NCBI GenBank assembly: GCA_964386535.1 | Contig: CAYLRY010000008.1 | Location: forward strand, 6,579-70,578 | Length of the DNA: 64,000 nucleotides | From: an uncultured Dehalococcoidales bacterium | Lineage (GTDB): Bacteria > Chloroflexota > Dehalococcoidia > Dehalococcoidales > UBA3254 | Reading direction: 5' to 3' | Part shown: positions 37,595-45,968 of the stretch, piece by piece | How positions within the stretch are numbered: the first letter of the stretch is position 1 | Layout of the letters: each line of letters begins with the position of its first letter | Position numbers and translations under genes: made by a program | Notes under the pieces: model-generated | The model's input: the letters and a program-made list of their open reading frames with translations, nothing else | The model's database searches: none | What the model was told of the DNA's origin: nothing

Positions 37595-37670
37595 TTATCG
37601 CTAGACAGCCTTTAAACTCTTTTGCCTTCAAAAAATATCTCCTCAATAATATTTGTTGGTATAAAAATAA

Positions 37671-37956
37671 CAGTTGTTTATAATCATCGTCAAACTGGCG
37701 GACGGGGGAGGATTATCTCCGCGTGTTATCGAACAACTCAAAAAGAAAAAGAACCTTCCGCCATCTCTGGTTAATCCTGAAGTAAATGGAACAGATATGT
37801 GTTCCCGAAAGTCACTCTTGGAGATTAAATGAAAGGCATTACGAGGTTTTGCCGGGGTTTGATAAGGCCGAGACTAAGGCAAAAATAAAAAGCAGAACAG
37901 GTTTCGACCAGGAGAAGAAGCTATTCCATTCAACCATCGGCATTAAAATAATCTAA
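37671..37956 (+). pseudogene. 2,3-bisphosphoglycerate-dependent phosphoglycerate mutase (GpmA-type) remnant
   Basis: A 56-codon ORF at 37786-37956, below the track cutoff, reads [30 protein letters not shown]. This compares with the dPGM block PVEKSW(K/R)[22 protein letters not shown]. The upstream part is frameshifted and the RHG motif is lost. Confidence 0.7.
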
Positions 37957-37962
37957 ATTCAA

Positions 37963-39033
37963 TCATATAGTGATATTTTTTTCAAAGGCCCGGATTCTTT
38001 TCATCCTCAAGATAACGTGAACATCCTTACCGGTCTCCAAATTCATATCCTGGTAAATATGATGGGGTATTTCCGAGATCAATTTATTATTACCTATTTT
38101 AAGGTAGATTCTCATGGTATCAGTCCGGGGTACAATGTTAATTATTTTACCCATGAAGCTGTTTACCCCGGGTCCGCGAGGCTTGATTTCAGAAACGTAA
38201 ATATGCCGGGGTAAAATGGCTATTTTATGAATATTCTCGCCTTCATGCGGCACCATTATTTTCAATCCCTGACAGCCAACCTCCATAATGCCCTGCCCTG
38301 TATTTTTACTGTAATCACAATCCAGTATATTGGGAGCTCCTATGAAATCAGACACCCTTTCGTTGCAGGGGGAAAACAGCAGCTTTTCCGGCTCATCTAC
38401 CTGCTCAATCTTACCGTCCATCACAATCGCCAACCTATCAGCCATATTTACGGCTTCCATCAGGTCATGAGTAACATAAATAGTGGTAATGCCCAATCGT
38501 CTGTGAATCTGCTTTAATTCCGTTCTTAAATATTTAGAGGTCTGAGGATCCAGTGCACTGAACGGTTCATCCATGAGTAGTATTTGAGGGGAAGCAGCCA
38601 GAGCCCTGGCCAGTGCCACACGCTGCTTTTCACCGCCGCTTAAAGTGCGTGTATCTCGATCTAACAAATTAGTAATTGCAAACAGGTTAGCCATGGTAAG
38701 CGTCTTTTCCTGGACCTTTGCTTTGTCATACTTGCCCCTCTTCAATCCAAATTGAATATTTTCAGTGACATTAAGAAAAGGAAACAGAACATAGTCTTGT
38801 GGAACATAGCCTATTCTGCGTTCCTCAGGAGATAGGGATGTGATATTTTTCCCGTCAACACTGATTTCGCCTTTTTTAACCCTGTGTAACCCTGCCAGGC
38901 ATTCTATAAATATGGTTTTACCTGCTCCTGAGGGCCCCAGGATTATAAAGTATTCCTGATCTTTGATGGAAAGGTTCAAATTTTTAAGAGAAAACCCACC
39001 TATTTGAATGGAAAGATTTTTTATTTCTATCAT
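37963..39033 (-). CDS. modC: Molybdate/tungstate ABC transporter ATP-binding protein with TOBE-like C-terminus
   Basis: 356 aa. Motifs are GPSGAGKT, LSGGEKQRVALARAL and LLMDEPFSALD, with a ~110-aa C-terminal beta domain. It overlaps the permease gene by 4 nt. Confidence 0.8.
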   Translation of the reverse strand: MIEIKNLSIQIGGFSLKNLNLSIKDQEYFIILGPSGAGKTIFIECLAGLHRVKKGEISVDGKNITSLSPEERRIGYVPQDYVLFPFLNVTENIQFGLKRGKYDKAKVQEKTLTMANLFAITNLLDRDTRTLSGGEKQRVALARALAASPQILLMDEPFSALDPQTSKYLRTELKQIHRRLGITTIYVTHDLMEAVNMADRLAIVMDGKIEQVDEPEKLLFSPCNERVSDFIGAPNILDCDYSKNTGQGIMEVGCQGLKIMVPHEGENIHKIAILPRHIYVSEIKPRGPGVNSFMGKIINIVPRTDTMRIYLKIGNNKLISEIPHHIYQDMNLETGKDVHVILRMKRIRAFEKNITI

Positions 39034-39839
39034 AAACTAAACCTGCGTCCGGTAATTAACCGAACCAGCAGTAATGCCAAGAGTGAAATTGCCACCAGTA
39101 TCAGTATTAAAGCTACAGCCTGTTCGATATTGGCAGAAGCAAGACTTAATGCTATAGAAATAGGTAGAGTTTCTGTTTTCATGGCAGTCGCACCAGCCAG
39201 TGTCACAGTAGCTCCAAATTCGCCGACAGCTCTGGCCCAGGTTAGAATGCTGGCAGCTACCAAGCCGTTTTTGGCCAAAGGTAGCATCACTTTAAAGAAG
39301 GCTTCCGGTTTGCTGCAACCCAGCGTGCGGGCAACCTGCTCATAGCGCGTGTCAATACTATCAAAAGTAGATTTTAAAAGGCGAACGGCTAATGCGCTCA
39401 CAATGGTAAACTGAGCCAGGACAATCCCTGGAACTGAAAAAACAAATTGAAGCACATTGTTATTTATAACCTGACCCAAGGGAGTATTGAAAAACACCAG
39501 CAATGCAGCACCCAGTGCAACTGGAGAAATTACTATTGGCAAATCCAGCAGGCTATCTATCAGGTTTTTCCCGAAGAAGTCATTTTTAGAAATGGCGTAA
39601 GCTACCGGGATAGCGATGGCTACCGCTAAAATCGTGGTGATTGTAGCGGTAGCCAGGCTGAGCTTAATGGCAAACAAGGTATGCGAAGATAATATTGAAG
39701 AGCCGAAGGTATTCCAATCTGTATATGTCAGTAAAGAAACTATAATAACTATAAAAAACAGAGTCAGCAGAGTTAATGCACTTATGGTTGCCGTTCTGAA
39801 AACCCTGTCACCCCGGACACCCTGAAAAATTCTGCTCAT
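39030..39839 (-). CDS. modB: Molybdate/tungstate ABC transporter permease (CysTW/ModB type)
   Basis: 269 aa. EQVARTLGCSKPEAFFKVMLPLAKNGLVAASILTWARAVGEFGATVTLAG resembles the ModB EAA/GEFGAT region. Confidence 0.8.
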   Translation of the reverse strand: MSRIFQGVRGDRVFRTATISALTLLTLFFIVIIVSLLTYTDWNTFGSSILSSHTLFAIKLSLATATITTILAVAIAIPVAYAISKNDFFGKNLIDSLLDLPIVISPVALGAALLVFFNTPLGQVINNNVLQFVFSVPGIVLAQFTIVSALAVRLLKSTFDSIDTRYEQVARTLGCSKPEAFFKVMLPLAKNGLVAASILTWARAVGEFGATVTLAGATAMKTETLPISIALSLASANIEQAVALILILVAISLLALLLVRLITGRRFSL

Positions 39840-39857
39840 GTTATTCTCTGATATTCA

Positions 39858-40766
39858 TTAATTCATTAATACCTTCCAGGAATCGGGAAGCTGGTATTCA
39901 CCCCCGATCTGGGCATTTGGAGCATATTTACGCGCTTCGGCTTCAGTAACATCATAGCCCCATTTTCTGAATATGTCCTGACCATCCGGTGAAACCAGAA
40001 AATCGATAAAGGCTGTGGCTGCTTCTCTCTCTTTGACAAAGGTAGATACTGCCGCAGGAACATAAGCAATGCGGGGGATTTGTTCCGGGTTTAGATATAT
40101 TGTTTCAATATTCTTCGGGTCCCAGGCCTGAAAAACACTCCATCCAATAACCGCATCTACTGACTTAAGCGATATTAAAGTGGCCGTATTATCGCAACTG
40201 GCAGCCTGAGTAACTATATTAGTATAGACATCTGCCAGCAAATGATTTTTGTTTAGAAGCTCAACAGCATATAAGCCCACGCAAACAGTAGTTGGATTGC
40301 CTATACCAACCTTAATACCTGATTTGGTAAGATCTGACAAAGATTGAATGTTCTTAGGATTTCCAGTTTGAACATTGATAGCTGGAATAAGGTAAGCAAT
40401 AATTTTTGTCGAAGCCGGATCGGTTATTTTCTTGCTTTCGGATTTTACCAGATAGTCCGGTGATCCGGGAATATAGAGGTCTCCGTTTTTTGATAATTCC
40501 ATTTGAGATAGGACTGTACCGGATCCGCCGTATGTCAGGAAAACTTTTACTCCAGTTTGTTTTTCAAACGCCGCGGCGGCTTCATCCAGTGCGGGCTTAC
40601 TGGCAGAACCGGCAAAGACTGATATCTCTTTACCTGACAGCGAAGAATTTTTAGAGGATATGGACGTATTGGTTGTAGAAACCGGTTGGTTGGAACAACC
40701 TGCCAGCGACATTATCAGTAATAAACTGCTGAGTAAAAAGACTAACAGAATATTGTTGATTTTCAT
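39858..40766 (-). CDS. modA: Molybdate/tungstate-binding lipoprotein (ModA/WtpA-like)
   Basis: ATG 40766 lies 5 nt after AAGGAG; the track uses the adjacent TTG. Lipobox is SLAGC. ISVFAGSASKPALDEAAAAFEKQTGVKVFLTYGGSGTVLSQ parallels the ModA N-lobe. Confidence 0.75.
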   Translation of the reverse strand: MKINNILLVFLLSSLLLIMSLAGCSNQPVSTTNTSISSKNSSLSGKEISVFAGSASKPALDEAAAAFEKQTGVKVFLTYGGSGTVLSQMELSKNGDLYIPGSPDYLVKSESKKITDPASTKIIAYLIPAINVQTGNPKNIQSLSDLTKSGIKVGIGNPTTVCVGLYAVELLNKNHLLADVYTNIVTQAASCDNTATLISLKSVDAVIGWSVFQAWDPKNIETIYLNPEQIPRIAYVPAAVSTFVKEREAATAFIDFLVSPDGQDIFRKWGYDVTEAEARKYAPNAQIGGEYQLPDSWKVLMN

Positions 40767-40840
40767 CAAATCTCCTTAAAAGTAAATAAGTGTAATTAAA
40801 ACAGTCAATTATTATATTTATTTATGCTTTCATACCTCTT

Positions 40841-40965
40841 CTCCTTTCCAATCCGGGGAAGTAGCGCCGTTTCCTGCACTACCGTTGATCCGCTTTATGC
40901 GGATACCGGCTGGTTACCCTGTCCCGAACTCACCGGGATTTAGATAAATCAGCTCCAGAGAAATG
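40841..40965 (-). promoter_or_regulatory. Moco (molybdenum cofactor) riboswitch-like element, proximal copy
   Basis: The reverse strand reads CUCUGGAGCUG...CCCGgugaguuCGGG...AUCCGCauaaaGCGGAU...UAGUGCaggaaacgGCGCUA...UUGGAAAGGAG. It is located in the modA leader. The stems covary with the distal copy. Confidence 0.6.
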
Positions 40966-41061
40966 GTTTATTCTTTTATCAATTTACCAATCTTCTCAGA
41001 GAGAAAAAAACATTGATAAAGAGTTCATGTAAAATGAACTATGAAGATGAAATAACAAAAT

Positions 41062-41093
41062 AATAGCGCTTCTCTGAAATAGAGAGCGCTATT
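41062..41093 (-). terminator. Hairpin/terminator between the two riboswitch-like copies
   Basis: AATAGCGCTCTCT pairs with AGAGAAGCGCTATT (one bulge, 5-nt loop). On the reverse strand it is followed by ATTTTGTTATTT. Confidence 0.45.
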
Positions 41094-41119
41094 ATTTTTG
41101 CAAACAGACTTCATTTCAT

Positions 41120-41235
41120 CTCCTTTCCAATTTGGGAAATATCACCGTTTCCAGTGATACCGTCGAGATTCTGCATCTACCGGCTGTTAACCTTGTTCTT
41201 GCTTGAATTTAGGTACAACAGCTCTGGAGAATTTC
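41120..41235 (-). promoter_or_regulatory. Moco riboswitch-like element, distal copy
   Basis: The reverse strand reads CUCCAGAGCUG...AGAUgcagaAUCU...UAUCACuggaaacgGUGAUA...UUGGAAAGGAG. It has the same architecture as the proximal copy, with compensatory stem changes. Confidence 0.55.
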
Positions 41236-41320
41236 ACTAATTGCTATAATATCAAGGTTTAAAAAATCCGTCAATAAATACGTCCCATATTGTCATAAAA
41301 ACCCTGGTGCAGCATTAAGA

Positions 41321-41578
41321 AAGGTTACCAAGGTCAAGGCGGTAGCGGCAATATTTAGTCTGGACCGCCACACCATCAAATACATCGATAATAAGGCATT
41401 ACAGAAGATGAAGACCGAGCGGTCTCTGCCTTAGATTGAGGTTCTGGGGATGAATAAAATTGCGGTAGAAAAGGGGCATAACTTCCGGACGCTGATCAGC
41501 GGGTTGGATAATCTTCGAGCTACTGAGGTGCTCAATATCTGCGAGGGAAGCTTAGAAAAACGCCTAAAAGGATTCTGG
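41321..41578 (+). mobile_element. ISL3-family transposase remnant (internal stop, both ends missing)
   Basis: The translation VAAIFSLDRHTIKYIDNKALQKMKTERSLP*IEVLGMNKIAVEKGHNFRTLISGLDNLRATEVLNICEGSLEKRLKGF parallels the ISL3 block ...LGIDEIAxRKGHxYxTVVxDLxxxRVxxVxEGRxxExLxxF. It ends at the tRNA 3' end. Confidence 0.65.
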
Positions 41579-41650
41579 CTCCCCGACTAGGGCTCGAACC
41601 TAGAACCTAGCGGTTAACAGCCGCCCGCTCTACCATTGAGCTATCGGGGA
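41576..41650 (-). tRNA. tRNA-Asn (anticodon GTT), CCA encoded
   Basis: The reverse strand is TCCCCGA TA GCTC AATGGTA GAGC G GGCGG CTGTTAA CCGCT AGGTT CTAGG TTCGAGC CCTAG TCGGGGA G CCA. All four stems pair and the anticodon loop is CU-GUU-AA. Confidence 0.9.
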
Positions 41651-41784
41651 ATGCACCGGAGGGAACCGAGGCTAGTAATCGGATTTTTTTCCCACCTTGA
41701 GTATTATCACTTTTTACACTAAAAATGTCAAGGCCTCAGGACAACCTCTGAGGATGTGATAAGAATTTCTCACCAGGCTTAATA

Positions 41785-41888
41785 ACCTTGATTCACCATC
41801 AAATGAAGCTAAACGAGATTCAATATTTTCACCAAATTGGTACAGAAACCTCATGCCTGATTAAGACTTCTTGACGGCGCATTCTGGA
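41785..41888. repeat. Direct repeat copy A (~100 nt)
   Basis: The 74-nt core (41785-41858) is ~88 percent identical (65/74) to 42036-42109. A weaker similarity continues for ~30 nt more. Confidence 0.85.
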
Positions 41889-42035
41889 TAACCTGATCAG
41901 TAAATGTAATCCAGGCTAAAAAATTGTTGGAATTACAGAGCGTCAGGTACGGAAGAGGGTATGCAGCCTGGCATTAAAGCCTTAGAACGTTGTATTATAT
42001 TTTAATACCGGACAAATAATCAAGAGTTGTTCCGA

Positions 42036-42138
42036 ACCTTGATTCACCATCAAACAAAGCTAAACGAGCGTGGATATTTTCACCAAATTGGTGCAGAAAC
42101 CTTGTGCCTATTTGAAGCAATTTGATGGCGGATTTTGG
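42036..42138. repeat. Direct repeat copy B (~100 nt), just upstream of the M20 peptidase gene
   Basis: See copy A. Both contain the small hairpin TTGATtcaccATCAA. Confidence 0.85.
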
Positions 42139-42189
42139 CGAAAAGATATCAGTTGTCAATTTTGTTTCTGATAAAAAAAGGAGAATGTA

Positions 42190-43347
42190 GTGGACTACGT
42201 GAAAGTTCTGTCTGATCTGATTTCTATAAATACCTCGGTTCCTCCGGGGGACAATTATTCCAGAGCTGTAGATTATCTTGAGCCTTTGTTTAAGAATACT
42301 GGTTTTGAAACTGAAAAAATAGCCATACCCGTTGAACAGGCTGAAGGAAGAGAAGGGCGGGTCAATCTGCTCTGTCATAGAAGGGATCCGGGCAAACCCA
42401 GGTTAATATTTTATTCTCATATTGATGTAGTCCCGGCTTTCGGCTGGCCAGCCTTCCAGCCGAGGATAGAAAACGGAAAAATCTGGGGGCGGGGTGCAGC
42501 AGATATGAAAGGTGCTATTCCGGCTTTATTGATGGCGGCGGAAAGATGCCAGGGAAGGCCTTTAAAATACGATGTTTCGGTGATGATCACCACTGATGAG
42601 GAACTCAGCCAGGCCAGCCAGTTACGTTATATCAGTCAATTTTTACAGCCTTTGAAAGGGGCCTATTTTTTTGATTTGGATTGTAATTTCGCTTACGTCA
42701 GTATTACCGGACTGGGTACTTATCAATTGGACATCCGCGTGTTGGGAAAATCCGTCCATTCAGGTATGTCCCATCTGGGTGAAAACGCCGTTGAGAACGC
42801 TGTTCCCGTGTTGAATGCGTTAATGGATTTGAAAAGCCGGGTAACGCAAAGAAAATCCCGGATCCCCACCCATCCGGATACCGGCCTTAAACAAATGGTT
42901 TCCAGGTTAAATATCAATATGATACAGGGCGGGTTGAAAGTTAACATAATACCGGATGAATGTAATATATCTATTGACCGGCGCCTCATTCCGGAAGAAA
43001 ATATAGAAGCTGCCAGAAAAGAGATTATGGACACTCTTACAGCAGTGCCCGGCATCCGGTGGGAGATAACCAGGGAATTCAGCATTCCTACCATTGCCCC
43101 CTGCGAAGACCCCCTCATCGATGAACTGGCTGGGATTATGAAAGGTGTAATAGGAGAAGGTGGAAAGTATGGTGAGATGGGCTCTGGAGATCTTACAAAC
43201 ATGGTAGTCAACGAATGGGGCGGTAAAGCCTTCGGTCTGGGAGTAATCAGACCTGATAGTAATATTCACGGCAAGGATGAATTTGCCTATCTCAAGGATA
43301 TTGAAGATCTGGCCGAGATTATTTACCGTTTTATAAAATCAACGTAA
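42190..43347 (+). CDS. M20-family metallopeptidase (ArgE/DapE/acetylornithine deacetylase-like)
   Basis: 385 aa with a GTG start 7 nt after AGGAG. Motifs are LISINTS, YSHIDVVPA and GRGAADMKGAI. Confidence 0.85.
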   Translation: MDYVKVLSDLISINTSVPPGDNYSRAVDYLEPLFKNTGFETEKIAIPVEQAEGREGRVNLLCHRRDPGKPRLIFYSHIDVVPAFGWPAFQPRIENGKIWGRGAADMKGAIPALLMAAERCQGRPLKYDVSVMITTDEELSQASQLRYISQFLQPLKGAYFFDLDCNFAYVSITGLGTYQLDIRVLGKSVHSGMSHLGENAVENAVPVLNALMDLKSRVTQRKSRIPTHPDTGLKQMVSRLNINMIQGGLKVNIIPDECNISIDRRLIPEENIEAARKEIMDTLTAVPGIRWEITREFSIPTIAPCEDPLIDELAGIMKGVIGEGGKYGEMGSGDLTNMVVNEWGGKAFGLGVIRPDSNIHGKDEFAYLKDIEDLAEIIYRFIKST

Positions 43348-43395
43348 CCTAAAACATCTCGCAGGCAGGCTGTTTTTATTAGGTTCTGTAGAGGT

Positions 43396-44127
43396 TTACC
43401 TGTTGGATGGCAGGCGAATGGACAAAAATCTGGTCTCCACCAGTAGCCATATAAAGGCTGCAATTATGGCTATGACGCAATAGAATAATATGTTGTTTTG
43501 GGATAACCATAAAGGGAAAAAATTGATGATCCCCACACCAGCATAGGTCATCAACAGGTATTTGGGGAATTTGCCAATCCAGAGTGACGGTAAAAATTTA
43601 TGCAGGGGCATCCTGGTGGCGCCTGCAAAAAGTCCACCAACATCAAATGGAATTACCGGTTGAAAGGCCAGTAACATGATAGCCCAAACGCCGTATTTTT
43701 GCAGCCACTGCTCCAATCTTTTATATCCTATAATACTATCAGGTATAGCAATGCTTTTACCTAACCGGCCTGCAAAATAGCCGCTGAGTTCGCCCAGGGA
43801 TCCTCCAGTTGCAGCGCAAAGAGCTACTATAACCGGATTAAATTCCCTGGCAGCGCTGGCCATAATGGCTACTGCAAAGGGTACCGGAGCAATAATGGTC
43901 ATATTTGCTAGCAGCGCGGCCACGAATACGGAGATATATGCTAAAGATTCATAGGCGTAAAAATCTAGGTTAAAACGGGATTTAATATACTCCAGTAAAG
44001 CGGCGAAAGCATAACTGAGGGCGATCAAGCTAACTACAGCCACTACCAACTTAAGCCAGTTGACGCGGGCTCCTGATCTAGTCACCATATCTTTAGCATC
44101 TTTAAAAATCGGCATAACTTTCATCAT
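43396..44127 (-). CDS. DedA/VTT (SNARE-associated, YqaA-like) membrane protein
   Basis: 243 aa. GGSLGELSGYFAGRLG and FQPVIPFDVGGLFAGATRMPLHKFL are present. Confidence 0.7.
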   Translation of the reverse strand: MMKVMPIFKDAKDMVTRSGARVNWLKLVVAVVSLIALSYAFAALLEYIKSRFNLDFYAYESLAYISVFVAALLANMTIIAPVPFAVAIMASAAREFNPVIVALCAATGGSLGELSGYFAGRLGKSIAIPDSIIGYKRLEQWLQKYGVWAIMLLAFQPVIPFDVGGLFAGATRMPLHKFLPSLWIGKFPKYLLMTYAGVGIINFFPLWLSQNNILFYCVIAIIAAFIWLLVETRFLSIRLPSNR

Positions 44128-44183
44128 TATTAGCTATTTCAGACCATTTGTAAAAGATACCATAACCTGCCTTTAAAGGGTGT

Positions 44184-44215
44184 AAAAAAAACCTCCCGCT
44201 TTACGGGAGGTTTTT
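44184..44215 (-). terminator. Rho-independent terminator downstream of the NifU-like gene (bidirectional shape)
   Basis: CCTCCCG cttta CGGGAGG, flanked by A8 on the plus strand (U8 on the reverse strand) and T5. Confidence 0.75.
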
Positions 44216-44239
44216 GCAGATTAATAATAAGCAGCAACT

Positions 44240-44458
44240 TTAGACTGCAACCACTTCCTTTACTTCAGGTACTTTTTCTTTCAATATGCGCTCAATGCCC
44301 TTTTTTAAGGTTATAGTAGCCATAGGACAACCACCACAGGCACCGGTTAATTTGACTTTAACAGTACCATTGGCAACATCAACCAGCTCTACATCACCGC
44401 CATCAGCCTGTAGGGCAGGCCGGATCTCAGATAATGCCGCTTTTACTTTTTCGTTCAT
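44240..44458 (-). CDS. NifU-like (Nfu C-terminal domain) Fe-S assembly protein
   Basis: 72 aa: [50 protein letters not shown], with the CxxC motif. Confidence 0.9.
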   Translation of the reverse strand: MNEKVKAALSEIRPALQADGGDVELVDVANGTVKVKLTGACGGCPMATITLKKGIERILKEKVPEVKEVVAV

Positions 44459-44561
44459 ATTTCCCCTCCTATATATACTTCTATTTTGAAGCAGGTTGAC
44501 AATAATGTCAAATTTAAGGCGTTATTCTTTTACATTTTAAGCTAATGAGGACTTATTTGCT

Positions 44562-45968
44562 TTAATCCCGAGTATTGACCCTGGCCAAGGTGGCGAATAT
44601 ACCGGCAAAGCAAAAGACGGAAAAAATTATAAAAGAGATCTGGCAGCAACTAATGAAAGAGGAAAAGTATTCCTGGGTAATAACTTGTGGGCCGACAACT
44701 ATCGCCAGCACAACCATGATAACCGACATGCTAAGCATTTGCCCTATTTGCCGCATGGTATTGATCATGGCTGAGGCTATACCGTACACCTTACGGTCAA
44801 CCGAACTGATCACAGCATTGGTATTAGGTGTGACGAACAAGGCAAAACCGCCCCCCAACAATATCAGAACAATAATGATGAATGTCACCGGTGTTGTGGT
44901 TGAAATAAAACTGAAAAACACCAGCCCTGCGCAGGTAACAGCCATCCCGGCGGCTGCTACTTTCCTGGACTCCATTTTATCCGATAATCTGCCGGCCGCC
45001 GGTGAAATCACAGCCTGCATGGCAGGTTGGGCCAGCAAGATCAGGCCTGTGGTCCCTGGACTAAATCCCTTTATATATTGAAGATATAAACTCATAATGA
45101 AAATCACAGCATATGTAGCTGCGTAGCTGATCATGGCAGCGAGGTTGGAATAGACAAATATTTTGTTTTTTGCAAACAGCCTTATATATAAGATGGGACT
45201 TGAATACCGGTTTTCCCATGCCAGGAATCCAATAATCCCTGCGATCCCTACAGGGATAAGAATTCTCCCGACCGGTGTGGTTAATGCCGAGATGCCGTAC
45301 ATCAGTGAAGAAAAAGCCAGACTGAAAACAATGGAACCGATAAAATCAAATTTTTCACCTCTGGCTCCCCTCCATTCGCCTTTTATCCTCCAGATACTGA
45401 GAAAAACCGCAGTCAATCCCATGGGGATGTTCAGAACAAAAATACTTCTCCAACCCAGGTGCTCAGTCATGATTCCACCCAGGAGGGGTCCTATTGCTAA
45501 ACCGACATAAACAAAAGCTGATGTGATACCCAAAGCCCGGCCGCGGTTGCCTGTACTGTGTAAAGAAGAAACCATCGCTAAAACATTTCCTACCACCATG
45601 GCGATACTGATCCCCTGTACCGCTCGTAGGGCAATAAGCATCTGTATTGAAGTGGCAAAAAGGGTCAGGGTGCAGGTCAGGGTATATAATATCATCCCGC
45701 TGATAAAAATTTTCTTGATACCCAATATGTCCGAAAGTCTGCCCATGGGTAAAAGAATAGCGGCAGAGGTCAGTAAACCGGAAGTTGAGACCCAGCCCAA
45801 CAATATGGCATTGGAATTATATTCACGTCCGATCTCAGGTAAAGCTACATTAACCGCGGAAAAAATACAGGTCAAGAAAAAGAGCGTCAGGCAGGAAATG
45901 AAAAGGACAATTTTTTGCATGGAGTGTAATCCTGCATCCCCCGAACCGGCAAGTGATGTTTCAGGCAT
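44562..45968 (-). CDS. MFS transporter, DHA2 (EmrB/QacA-like, 14-TM)
   Basis: 468 aa. GRLSDILGIKK (motif A-like), a long multi-TM profile and an AAGGAG SD. Confidence 0.8.
   Translation of the reverse strand: MPETSLAGSGDAGLHSMQKIVLFISCLTLFFLTCIFSAVNVALPEIGREYNSNAILLGWVSTSGLLTSAAILLPMGRLSDILGIKKIFISGMILYTLTCTLTLFATSIQMLIALRAVQGISIAMVVGNVLAMVSSLHSTGNRGRALGITSAFVYVGLAIGPLLGGIMTEHLGWRSIFVLNIPMGLTAVFLSIWRIKGEWRGARGEKFDFIGSIVFSLAFSSLMYGISALTTPVGRILIPVGIAGIIGFLAWENRYSSPILYIRLFAKNKIFVYSNLAAMISYAATYAVIFIMSLYLQYIKGFSPGTTGLILLAQPAMQAVISPAAGRLSDKMESRKVAAAGMAVTCAGLVFFSFISTTTPVTFIIIVLILLGGGFALFVTPNTNAVISSVDRKVYGIASAMINTMRQIGQMLSMSVIMVVLAIVVGPQVITQEYFSSFISCCQISFIIFSVFCFAGIFATLARVNTRD

Noticed and set aside
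37963-41250. Linking the Mo/W transporter to a tungsten-dependent class II benzoyl-CoA reductase.
   Set aside because: No BamB-type aldehyde:ferredoxin-oxidoreductase-family gene is in the window. The reductase-like genes here are of the ATP-dependent class I/dehydratase type.
41785-42138. Possibility that the two ~100-nt repeats are a CRISPR array or tRNA-derived att sites.
   Set aside because: There are only two copies, they are far longer than CRISPR repeats and they are imperfect. They show no similarity to the tRNA-Asn sequence.
41995-42378. 127-aa reverse-strand ORF.
   Set aside because: It overlaps the 5' end of the well-supported M20 peptidase gene in antisense. The remainder is just repeat copy B plus spacer.
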